From the NCBI GenBank assembly GCA_032718475.1, contig JAUCBJ010003506.1, positions 3,547 to 67,546 of the forward strand: a DNA stretch of 64,000 bases. Direction: 5' to 3'. This DNA is from Nemertoderma westbladi (Eukaryota; Animalia; Xenacoelomorpha). Position numbers and translations under genes: made by a program. The notes beneath the pieces are model-generated. The model saw only the letters and a list, made by a program, of their open reading frames with translations. It had not been told where the DNA came from and did no database searches. Shown piece after piece: positions 11,313 to 20,935 of this stretch; position 1 is the first letter of the stretch; each line of letters begins with the position of its first letter.

Positions 11313-11631
11313 TGTAATATAATGGTTTTGTTCAGAAATGGAAAAAATGAGAAAGCCGTCACCGGGGGTTGAACCAGCGCTATACGTTAGATATAGGATA
11401 TACCACTTAAAACTGCCTGTTCAATAGAAGTGGATTAGGTGGGAGAGTGAGTGTCAGGGACTAGTGGCTGAACTGGTTAGCGCTACTGATGAGGCCTGAT
11501 AGGCTGAAACGTACGTATAACGCTGGTTCAACCCCCGGTGACGCGCTTTATAATTCTTTCAATTTCTGAACAAAACCATTATATTACATCTTTAATTACA
11601 GTTGCATTAACATCTCAACTCCAATTCATTT
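11313..11631 (+). mobile_element. Short non-autonomous hammerhead-bearing retroelement (Penelope pLTR/retrozyme/SINE-like) with a 5' inverted segment
   Basis: 12-bp TSD ataaataatcga at 11301-11312 and 11632-11643; removing the insert restores LINE sequence LKVRLFMAAV (cf. IKVRLFVAVV at 13463). 11311-11388 is an inverted copy of ~11512-11590. Confidence 0.85.
11479..11524 (+). ncRNA. Minimal type I hammerhead ribozyme
   Basis: Stem I agcgcta/taacgct, core CTGATGA (11486-11492), stem II ggcct-gat-aggct, GAAA (11506-11509), short palindromic stem III ac-gtac-gt, and GUA cleavage triplet (cut after 11517). Confidence 0.85.
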
Positions 11632-12159
11632 ATAAATAATCGAACCTTGAGGTTCCGTTTTATTCTATGGGACTTCCAAATCCTGGACAGACTATTTAAC
11701 GCTGCACATGCCTCCCATTTACGTATCCGAAGGTCTTCCTGCACCTGACTTTATGATCCATGATCCCAAGTTGCAGAAGTCATCCACGTACTCAAACAAG
11801 TCATCCCTGGTGTTTATGCCCTTACGATTAGACATTTCTTCAGGGCTGTCTAGGTTGACTGTCATGATTTTAGTCTTCTTGAAGTTTACAAAAAGACCAA
11901 CACTAGATGCAACCTGATCAAAGGAGCAGAGGAGAATTTGGGCTCCCTCTAGTGATTCTGACGGTACCCCTAAGTAGTCAGCAAAATCTAGACCAGTAGG
12001 CCTTATGTACTTTGCTGCATTTCCTCTGCTTCTTGTGCCAGTAGGGGGTGTTACCCCATCTTTATTAAGATGGTCTAAGGACATAATCAACCACAATTAC
12101 GAATGGTGCCCCCCCCCCCCCCTGAGATCTTTAAAATACTGTTTGGAGCTCATTTATCC

Positions 12160-13905
12160 CAACATTGTAGATATGTACAGAACGATGATTCGACGAAATT
12201 TGTGTCTACTGTTGACGGTGACGCAGAACCATACGAAGTGTAATGGGGAGTTCTCCAGGGAGACACACTTGCACCATTCTTATTCATAATTGCAATTGAC
12301 TATGTTCTACGCATGTCCTTAGATCATCATAATGATGATGGGGGTGATGGTAACTCCACCTACTGGCTCCAGAAGTCGAGGAAATCCTGCCAAGTACCTA
12401 ACTGATCTAGACTTTGCTGATGACTTAGGAGTACTCTCAGAATCACTAGCTGGCGTTGCTTGCGCAACGCGAAAGAAGCTCTCTAGGTTCAGACGACTGT
12501 TCAACTGTCCACCTCTTCGTTCAAGTTACACTCAAAATAATTTATATACATCAATAATGTATATCACATAAATGACCTTTATTATGTTCTCTAAGTGTTG
12601 ATGAACATAAGGCGGCACATAATTATTGACCTTTCAATAAGTTTACTATATTATTAGAAGACCGTTGACTTTTTACTGTAAAAGTATTCGCTATCTATTT
12701 ACCTATCTATGTATGTGTCTATCTATATCGGGTGAACACCTCCGAAGCTATAGCTCGTTCGTCAATGAAAGTTATATCAATCGACGCAGGTCAACCCAAG
12801 GATGTGGAAAAACGTTTTGGAAAAAATTATTAAAGTCTCTTTTTTTATTTCGAAAAATAGCACAATAACACGAAAATTTCCACAGACTCAATGATAGAAA
12901 CACCAGCTGCTGGTGCTGTAAGAAGTGTGTTGTTAAGAAGTGTGTTACAGTACTTGCCAAGTTTATGACTCTATCCCAGGCAAGTAATCAAATATCAACT
13001 GTTACAGTAGTTCGTAATGTATTATCCCGCCAACTGAATAGGTCTTCCCAGTGTACCACTCACTAATAGTTATTATTGTAGTATATTAGGCCTAGACATG
13101 TTATTGTAGCTTTAGCCAATCTGGGAGCTAAATGCCAGTTTTTTTTTATTCACCATCACCATGTTGTTGTCCAGAAATCTGAGGATAAATGGAGACATGA
13201 AAGAAGCTAAGAGCTTCTAAGGGAGCCCAAAGGCAAAGGCTCCTCTGCTCATTGGACCAGGCTGCTTCTAGTGTTGGCCTTTTTGTAAATTCCAAGAAGA
13301 CCAAAATTATGACAGTGAAGATAGACAGCCCTCAATAAATGTCTGATCGTAAGGGTATAAGCTCTAGGTACGGCTTTCTTGATCACGTAGATGACGTCTG
13401 CTACTTGGGATCATGGATCCGGATCATGGCCCAGACCTTCGGAGTCTGTCCAGGATTTGGAAATTAAGGTTCGGTTATTTGTGGCTGTAGTAGTACCAGC
13501 TATAACTATAACGTGGGAGTCCATGCTGGTCTCTAACTGCAGAAGATACAAAATCTCTGCACGGCACTTTCACAAGAATGCGGCGCCGGGTTCATTGTGT
13601 CAAGTACAATGAACACATCTCCAAATCTCTTTATCTCCCTTAGCTCGACTCTTGAACGGAACCGACTCCGCTTTGCAGGATATTGCTTTCGCCGTGAGGA
13701 CCAGCCAGTGCATAATCCTGTGCTTTGGCGCCCTCGTGGAGTGAATAAGCGTGACGGACAGCCCTTAACTTTCTTGAGACGCATCTTAAAGGACACTGGC
13801 CTTGAAGATGCGGATGATCTAGCAAATGTCATGGGTGATAGGGAGTTGTGGCGGCGCAATTTTGTCGACAAGCCAGCACAGCATTCTTAATATATATGTA
13901 ATAGA
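12160..13905 (+). mobile_element. RTE-X-like LINE copy C (RT core to 3' end, interrupted at 12450-13219)
   Basis: GVLQGDTLAPFLFIIAIDYVLR and TDLDFADDL (RT domains typical of RTE-X), then GLFVNSKKTKIM, RLRFAGYCFRR, DRELWRR. It is the inverted counterpart of copy D. Confidence 0.9.
12450..13219. mobile_element. ~770-bp unclassified insertion within LINE copy C
   Basis: It splits gaatcactag|agggagccc, which is contiguous in copy D. A hairpin gcgttgc-ttgc-gcaacgc lies at the left end, and aaagaagct occurs near both ends. Confidence 0.6.
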
Positions 13906-14600
13906 TAAAGGAAATTCACACCCGGAAAAAAGGGAAAATGCCAAGGAAAAGCATCATACCACCGAAAATATTTTTGACATCATGGAACTAATGCACAATT
14001 TATCGGAAAGAACTGCAAATGTGTGTTGCTTGCTTTTGCTTCGCTCGTATTTTTCTTTTTAAATAGTTTAAAGTTTAAAAGATTACTTACAAATATTAGT
14101 GATAAAATAATAAAATGCACTTTGACTTCCTCCATAAATCTTTTAATCTCATATTTTGTGAACGTTTTACGGTTTTGAAGTTTTTGAAATTTACTAGAAA
14201 TGGCACAGAGGTGACCTACATGGGGGAAGAGTCAAAAAGCCACGAAGTGACAAACAAACATTCAATCGACTCACTTTATTTATTGCTCGTAATATGCTAC
14301 GGGTAGATTACAGTATATGTTACCTTACTGTATGAAGTAAGGAGAAGTAGGCCTACAGCGATGCGAGCACAATCATTTTAAATTTTGTTAATCGCAACAT
14401 TGGAATCTAGCTGCTTGCATTGACCATGCTATGCGTACATTTAATTATTAATGCCATTTAAAAATAAGGAGTGAAATTAACACGTATAAGGGGGGCCTAC
14501 CGTTCAACTTATGTGGGTAGAGTATACAGAAGTAACAAGTAAAGTTTACAAGATATGAGATATCCAAGTACAAAAAGCTGTAATAACTATTTACATACAG

Positions 14601-15575
14601 TACTTATGTGTAAACTTTGCAGTGTGATGATCCGAGTGCTTTGTTACACGAACGAACGTTAGTGAGTGAGTGAAAATAAAGCCACGGGGATCAGAACACT
14701 GAAAGTACTTTGCAACAAGTATAGGCCTACAGTATATGTAGTTTTATTCCAAAATTGTAACATATTACGAAATGATTCTATATAATATACATTATAAGTG
14801 ATTAGAAACTACACAAATTAAATTACAGTAATTGCTGTACAGTATAAATAAAGTAAAAATGACATAAATGATGTTATAAATGTGATAAAAATGACAAATG
14901 TTATTATTGGAGCTATGTTTAGACTGTACTACTGGTTATTAATAGCTATAGCCCGCCTACCGTTAGGTAATGCAGTAGGCCCAACTGGCTGTCAGCCAAT
15001 TAATATTAAATACCACCTATTCTTTACGCGGTAACCATGACAGCGTAACTTTAAAGCTCGCGGTCCGGACATTGCATATTCCTACATGAACGGTATAGTA
15101 CGGTGGTGATTTTGGTGTTTTATTAATAAATTTTGCTACTGTAAATTTACAATCATGCCCGCTAAATTGCTAAAGTATCTAATTACTGTAGTAGGCCTAC
15201 TGTATTATTACAGTGCTAGTGATTTTGATTTTGTGTTAGCTTGACTTTAAACTAAAGTACCTTAAAATGCAATCCTGCCTTCGGGCTTATGCTTATGTTC
15301 CGGTTCCGTTACAATACAGTCGGCTTTGCGGACCTCCGCTGCGCTCCACTACAGCCCTCTGGCAGGATTGCATTTATCGGGCATGGCATGATTCCCCATA
15401 CTGCCATACCTCCCGACTTTTTATGTGGGATTGTTTTAATCAATACAATACTAAATGTACAGGCCAATACAATACTGTATGTATAGTCCTCTAAAGTTGT
15501 AAAGTGCTAAATATCAACTCGCTGCTATTAATTCTAACGGCGTTGAGTAATGTTACATACAATTTTGGAATAAAG
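14601..15575. mobile_element. Putative non-autonomous DNA element with terminal hairpin and subterminal inverted repeat (Crypton-like layout)
   Basis: Imperfect ~120-nt hairpin at 14601-14722 centred on cacgaacgaacgttagtgagtgagtg. tttattccaaaattgtaacat (~14743) is inverted at atgttacatacaattttggaataaa (~15550). Confidence 0.35.
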
Positions 15576-16086
15576 TTCCTTTTACGGTCATGTACCAGCG
15601 TACTGCCTGAATATCACTATCTGCTGATCTGACTGTCCTGCGTGCAGAGTGGGCGATTTAAATTACTTTTTACAACTACACAACACTTGCAACAAGGCCA
15701 GAAGGCTGGAAGGCGTACCTGCAGTACAGCAGTTGCTTACTATCACTATTGATTTACAGCATTACCGGTGATCAAGGCTGCAAGGACTACTTCAGTAGTC
15801 CTTGCCGGTGATATACAGTACACTGCTGCACTGGTACAGCAGTACTTGTATCCCCAGATATAACAGTATACAGGTATAAGGCAGTAAGGTACACTATACT
15901 TCTTACTTCTATACCAGTATACAGTACCGGTAATACTGTAATACAGTAATAGCAGAATAGTGCATAGTGCTGTAGTGTCTGTACATTTATAGGCCTGCGA
16001 GACATACTGACATATTTCAGTATTTCTGTATTTAGTACCGTTGTACCGGTTGCCTATTTTGACTTTAATTACTCCTGTACTGTAAA

Positions 16087-17826
16087 ATGGCAAAACCGGG
16101 GATGCACAAAAAAGCAAGCAAAAGAACTCCATTGCGTACAAAATACAAGATACAACGTAAAGTGAAGCAGCATCTGAAGAAAACAAAAAAAGAGAATCGA
16201 GGAAAATCTAAATTGCAAAAACGGCGTAAAGATCCCGGGATTCCTAATGACTGCCCATTCAAGGAAGATATATTGACAAGTGTGAAACTGCAACGCGATC
16301 AGAACGAGGCAGAAAAACAAACGCGGAAAGAGAAAATACGACTTGAGAATAAGTTGCGAAGCAAAGGGAAACGCTTAGATGCGGTGAACAAGTTACGGAA
16401 TATAGATGGACTCGGAACGAAGGATCCCGGTAGGCTTAAAAACCTCGGTGTAACAGTGAGTGGCAACGTCGATGTAGAAGCTGACCCGCACATCGCAGAC
16501 GCCAGTTCCTCCACGCGTCGCGCCTTCTTCAAACACGTCAAGAAAGTTATCGAAGCATCCGATGTTGTGCTCGAGGTCCTCGATGCTAGGGACCCCGATG
16601 GCTGTCGTTGCAAGAGCGTGGAAGACATGATTATAAGCGATTCAACTAAACGACTTGTCCTCGTACTCAACAAAGTCGATTTAGTTCCTGGAGAAGTCGT
16701 AGAGAAATGGTTGAAACATCTCAGACAGACATTTCCGGTGGTCGCTTTCAAGGCGTCTACTCAGGAGCAGCGATCGAGATTAGGTCACTCCAGTTCGAAG
16801 GGGAAACACGCTGGATTATCGAGCGTCGTCCCCAAGTCGAGCACCTGTTTCGGAGCGTCGAATCTTCTCCGTCTCCTCGGCAACTACACCCGGAACCGGG
16901 GTATCCGTGGTTCCGTCACGGTCGGTCTCATCGGGTTCCCGAACACCGGGAAAAGTTCCCTCATCAACAGCCTCAAACGCTCCAGGGTCTGCGGAGTGGG
17001 GGCAGCGCCTGGTGTCACCACCGTCAGTCAGCGGGTCAAACTGGACAAACACGTGACCCTCCTGGACAGTCCCGGTGTCATAGTAACCTCGGGCTCGCGT
17101 TCGCAACTGCTGCTTAAGAACTGTATCAGTGTGGACGATGTCGCTGATCCTTTAGCCGCGGTTGACGAGGTGATTAAACGATGCGGCGCCGCGCAGCTCA
17201 TGGCGTTGTACAAACTCCCTGAGTTCTCTGACGCCTCAGAGTTCGCAGAAGCCCTGGCTCGGCGGCGTGGTTGCTTCAAGAAGGGCGGGGTTCTGGACAC
17301 AGATAGGGCGGCTAGACAGCTGCTCAGGGACTGGGTGTCCGGCTGTCTGCGGTACTACTGCGACCCACCAAGTACTCCCGAATTATTGTCGTCTTCCGAT
17401 GTGACTTTGGTTTCGAAGTGGCGGGACGAATTCGATTTGGATTCGCTGCTTAAAGTCGAGGGTAAAGAACTTAGAGGGGTGACAGCCCTTAACGATGGTC
17501 TTGTTGTTCCTACTGATGGACCTTCAGAAGATATTCCGGAGTTGGTCGCTATCGATGACAATGAAGTAGAGGATGTTGATGCAGAAGATGTTGAGATGGT
17601 GGATGCGGACTGTAAGATTCGTAAAATTAACTTGGTTTCAAAATCGAAGAAGAAACTCAGCCAAACGGATTACATTCGGCCTAAAGTGAGAACCACAGGG
17701 GCCAATCTGCAGCTGAATAAAGCGAGGAAGTTGGAAGCCAAGAAATTGTCAAAGAAGAAGAAAAAGTTTGAGAAATTAGAGAACAATCTACCTGAACTGA
17801 TTTCTGATGGTTTGAAGTTTATGTGA
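16087..17826 (+). CDS. GNL3: Nucleostemin/GNL3-family nucleolar GTPase (579 aa), intronless, nested in CCDC33 intron 1
   Basis: Basic GN3L/Grn1 N-terminus (KKASKR...KYKIQRKV...KDPGIPNDCPFKEDIL), circularly permuted GTPase motifs G5 DARDP, G4 NKVD, G1 GFPNTGKSS, G2 GVT, G3 DSPG, and an acidic then basic tail. Intact ORF. GNL3 versus GNL3L orthology is not resolvable here. Confidence 0.93.
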   Translation: MAKPGMHKKASKRTPLRTKYKIQRKVKQHLKKTKKENRGKSKLQKRRKDPGIPNDCPFKEDILTSVKLQRDQNEAEKQTRKEKIRLENKLRSKGKRLDAVNKLRNIDGLGTKDPGRLKNLGVTVSGNVDVEADPHIADASSSTRRAFFKHVKKVIEASDVVLEVLDARDPDGCRCKSVEDMIISDSTKRLVLVLNKVDLVPGEVVEKWLKHLRQTFPVVAFKASTQEQRSRLGHSSSKGKHAGLSSVVPKSSTCFGASNLLRLLGNYTRNRGIRGSVTVGLIGFPNTGKSSLINSLKRSRVCGVGAAPGVTTVSQRVKLDKHVTLLDSPGVIVTSGSRSQLLLKNCISVDDVADPLAAVDEVIKRCGAAQLMALYKLPEFSDASEFAEALARRRGCFKKGGVLDTDRAARQLLRDWVSGCLRYYCDPPSTPELLSSSDVTLVSKWRDEFDLDSLLKVEGKELRGVTALNDGLVVPTDGPSEDIPELVAIDDNEVEDVDAEDVEMVDADCKIRKINLVSKSKKKLSQTDYIRPKVRTTGANLQLNKARKLEAKKLSKKKKKFEKLENNLPELISDGLKFM

Positions 17827-17918
17827 TATTTTTCGATTGATTTGGCGCATTAGGACGAGGTGGTTGGCAGTGGTGTGCTGCTATAGTTTTGTTCAGAGGG
17901 TTTGCTGTATGATAATGA

Positions 17919-18425
17919 GGGAGGGGGGGGGGGGGGGGGGGGGGGGTTGGGAACAAATTCAATAGGAAATTCGTTTATTGTTCTGCCCCCACCCCCATAT
18001 ACTTCGCAAACTAGGGTCTATAACACAAATAATGGGCTCTAATCTAACAAGTTTTGCAATTAGTATTTTGTATCATGTAATTTATTAGATTAGAGTCTCG
18101 TTTACTACTTCGCGTAAGTTTTCATGACATTGTTAATTGTGTTTGGAGCCGCAGCCGCACTTCTGTAACCTGATGGGGTTAGGGGGGGGGGGGGGGGGGG
18201 TTCAAAACAATCAAAATGCATCCATCTCTACGGGAAATCGAAGCAAATAACAGCTGATTACTCCTAATAATAAATGCTGTAACCTGTTCTAATGTGTTTA
18301 GTTTATTGTTTTGGTTAGAATAACATACCACGGCAACCTGCTCCTTTCCCTTAATTATAATTGCACGTTGAGATTAATTTACCGGTAAAGAATTTGCGTC
18401 AGTCAAGTCCCCCCCCCCCCCCCCC
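17919..18425. repeat. Long poly-G/poly-C tracts downstream of GNL3 (G-quadruplex potential)
   Basis: G runs at ~17923-17946 and 18182-18200 and a C run at 18409-18425. Similar C runs occur at ~301-318, 12108-12123 and 21235-21253. Confidence 0.8.
18240..18335. repeat. Dispersed short repeat; inverted copy at ~21118-21210, partial copies at ~3450-3495 and ~5340-5380
   Basis: Shared core gtttattgttttggttagaataac plus gcaaataacagctgatt / aatcagctgttatttgc. Confidence 0.65.
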
Positions 18426-19359
18426 TCCCGTCTCAGAATGGAAGTTATATTCAAGGCACCCGTATTGCGGTATCCCGAGTTGGGTTTGCAGTTTTGTTTC
18501 ACGTTCTTGTTATTATAAATATAATTTACGTGGAATAGATACTCGCTATGCATGTTTATGGGTTTGTTTTCAGCTCTCAGGGACGTTTTCAGGAATCAGA
18601 TGACTAGCATACTGTAACTAAGCCGGTATGGAGGGGGTAGGCAGTCTTAATTATACCAGATAACTGATGTTATTTCAAACAGATAGCGAAAAGCAAATTA
18701 TGGATATTATTATAAGGAAATAAAATGGAAGTAAAGTACCGCACCGATACCAACAGAATTACAATATCAATAACTTGCAAACCCATTATTATCCTGCAAA
18801 CAATAGTTTAAACTTTACTGAAACTAAATGGAATGATAGTGGAACGCGTCCACCAGAGATCAATAATTGTCTACGAAGCAACGTGTTTTTTTTATTAAGG
18901 GGAGTAATACAGGCATTTTTTTCCCCATACAAACTACTATTAAGCCTCGGTGCACTTTTAGAACGCATAAGATTACTTTATAGGCCAACTGTTCTTGCAT
19001 TGCAATCGGAATTTAACGGGCCTTCAGGTAGACCAATTGGTTTTTTGAATTTAAATTTTTTTTCATATATTTATCTTATTTTTTGAAAAATGGACCAAAT
19101 TTTCAAATAAAATTGCCGAATAATTAGTGTCACAAACATTAAAATCACAATTCGGTGTTTATGCGTACATAAGATAAAAAAAACTAATTGGTTTACGTTA
19201 TTCTACGGTAAAAAATGATCCTAGTGAGTAATTTTCAAGTCTATAATTCAAATGGCAGCTGAGAAACATGTACCGAAAGAATTCTAAAAACTCATTATGA
19301 GAAAAATGCAGTTAAAATTTGAACCTTCCCGCGTAAAAGTTGTCTGTTATTATGAAATA

Positions 19360-19424
19360 ATTGATCACTATAGCAAAGGTTTTATCAGAGAGTCTCTGAT
19401 AAAACCTTGGCTATAGTGATCAAT
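19360..19424. repeat. 65-bp near-perfect palindrome
   Basis: attgatcactatagcaaaggttttatcagaga-g-tctctgataaaaccttggctatagtgatcaat: 32-bp arms with one mismatch. Confidence 0.95.
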
Positions 19425-19539
19425 GCAGGAAAACCCAAAGTCAGTAATGTTGGTTAATTACGGTTAATTGCGTAAAATTATGAAATAATGTCTGTCAATA
19501 TATACCTAGCAAAAAGAAAGCACAAAACCATGCTAAGAA

Positions 19540-19985
19540 TTTTGCTATGGGATTTTCCTGGTCGCTGATTTCATTTCTGAGGTCAGTTTTCACTTTTAAT
19601 GATATCTTGTTTGTCTGTATGTCTGTCTGTCGGTTTTCTGACTATCCGACAATCTGTCCGTCAAATATAAGAAAAGGGCATTAAAAGTTCAGCTAGAGGG
19701 GTTTTCCTGGTCGCAAAATTCATTTCGAGCGTCAGATTTAACATTTGATGACTTTCAAATTCTCGGATTTGCAGTCAGTCTGTCGGTTATATTTTGACGG
19801 ACATACTTACAGGTATACAGACAGAAACGACGAGGCCAATTTTGAATATTGACATCAGAAATGAAGTCAGCGCCCACGAAAACTCATATAGGGGATTTTT
19901 TAGACAGATGGTTTGCTTTTTATTGACGGGCAGACATATTGACGGACAAACCGACTGTCAATCGGACAGACAGCAATATCTCGAG
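19540..19985. mobile_element. Decayed DNA-transposon-like relic with internal direct and inverted repeats
   Basis: gggattttcctggtcgctgatttcatttctgaggtcag is repeated at ~19698 and inverted at ~19845-19890. (tgtc)n and (gaca)n tracts lie in mirror positions. Confidence 0.5.
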
Positions 19986-20438
19986 AAGTAAGACAGATCT
20001 CGCTAAACGGTTTTCAAATGTGGCATCTTGATAAAAATTTGCTTTAGATGAAACATAAAATGGATTGAGAAGGAGAAATTGGTAGCCTGCAGTACTACTC
20101 CCCTTAGAACTTCATAGAAATCGAATCTGTTCATACAGCAGTTCATTACGTTCCCATAACGTAATTTTTCCATTGCCAATTCTATTTCGATGCTCTTTCA
20201 TCACATGAAAAGTTTACAAAAATATTTCCACAGGTTCTTTCCGGGAAAAAAGTAAAATCAATGCTATCCTGTAGGTTACGTTTTCCATAAGGAAACAGTA
20301 TATACATCTTTTCTCCCACTGTGCGGTATATTCCGGTCGAAAAAATAGAATTTAAGAATAATTGCAGTATATCTTGTTTCAGAATTTCAATATTGCGGTT
20401 GTTCACTTAAAATGCGCGCAGAAATGAGTGATGTGAAT

Positions 20439-20746
20439 TGGCGCCTTACTGTGGCGCCTTTACTGTGGTGCCTTACTGTGGCGCCTTTACTGTGGCGCCT
20501 TTACTGTGGTGCCTTACTGTGGCGCCTTACTGTGGCGCCTTTACTGTGGCGCCTTACTGTGGCGCCTTACTGTGGCGCCTTTACTGTGGCGCCTTACTGT
20601 GGCGCCTTTACTGTGGCGCCTTACTGTGGAGCCTTACTGTGGCGCCTTTACTGTGGCGCCTTACTGTGGCGCCTTACTGTGGCGTCTTACTGTGGCGTCT
20701 TACTGTGGCGCCTTACTGTGGCGCCTTACTGTGGCGCCTTTACTGT
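20439..20746. repeat. 14/15-bp GC-rich minisatellite (tggcgcctt[t]actg)n, ~21-22 copies
   Basis: Read directly from the sequence. It ends ~34 nt before the CCDC33 exon 2 acceptor. Confidence 0.95.
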
Positions 20747-20780
20747 ACATTTACTCTACATTATTAATCGTTTTCGGCAG

Positions 20781-20935
20781 GAATGACGAGCAACATGATG
20801 TCCATTTATTGATTGAGTGTTTCGATGTTGTGGATGGAAGCAACCGGAGGGCGGGGGAGGCCAGAGTGGCGATATACCCAAGGCCGAACGCGCCGAGGAT
20901 CAACCTGAATGTCGCCGCTGGGGAATGGATGCTCA
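20781..20935 (+). CDS. CCDC33: CCDC33-like coding exon 2
   Basis: Acceptor ttttcggcag| is phase-compatible with exon 1 (AG|G = Arg). RNDEQHDVHLLIECF...AGEARVAIYPRPNAPRIN continues the recalled CCDC33 alignment (KNDGQHDAQLHVEAL...VGEAIFPIYPRPDQPRMN). Donor A|gtaagt. Confidence 0.88.

Larger units (their letters stand above)
10808..12085 (-). mobile_element. RTE-X-like LINE copy D (5'-truncated RT C-terminal half and 3' end, interrupted by the 11313-11631 insertion)
   Basis: LDFADYL, GLFVNFKKTKIM, VDDFCNLGSWI, LRFTGHCFR, DRELWRR. The 3' UTR ends in a (GTA)n tail at ~10808-10820. Confidence 0.85.

Noticed and set aside
11455-11545. Bona fide tRNA gene
   Set aside because: A/B boxes and D/T-like arms are present, but there is no proper acceptor stem or anticodon loop; the middle is a hammerhead. 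Treated as a tRNA-like promoter only.
8390-13905. Active autonomous retrotransposon
   Set aside because: All copies have stops, frameshifts, deletions and secondary insertions, and the N-terminal RT domains are missing from every copy.
20412-20786. ORFs of LLWRLTVAP/YCGA repeats, including the N-terminal part of ORF 20506-20970
   Set aside because: Minisatellite translation. Only 20781-20935 is a credible exon.
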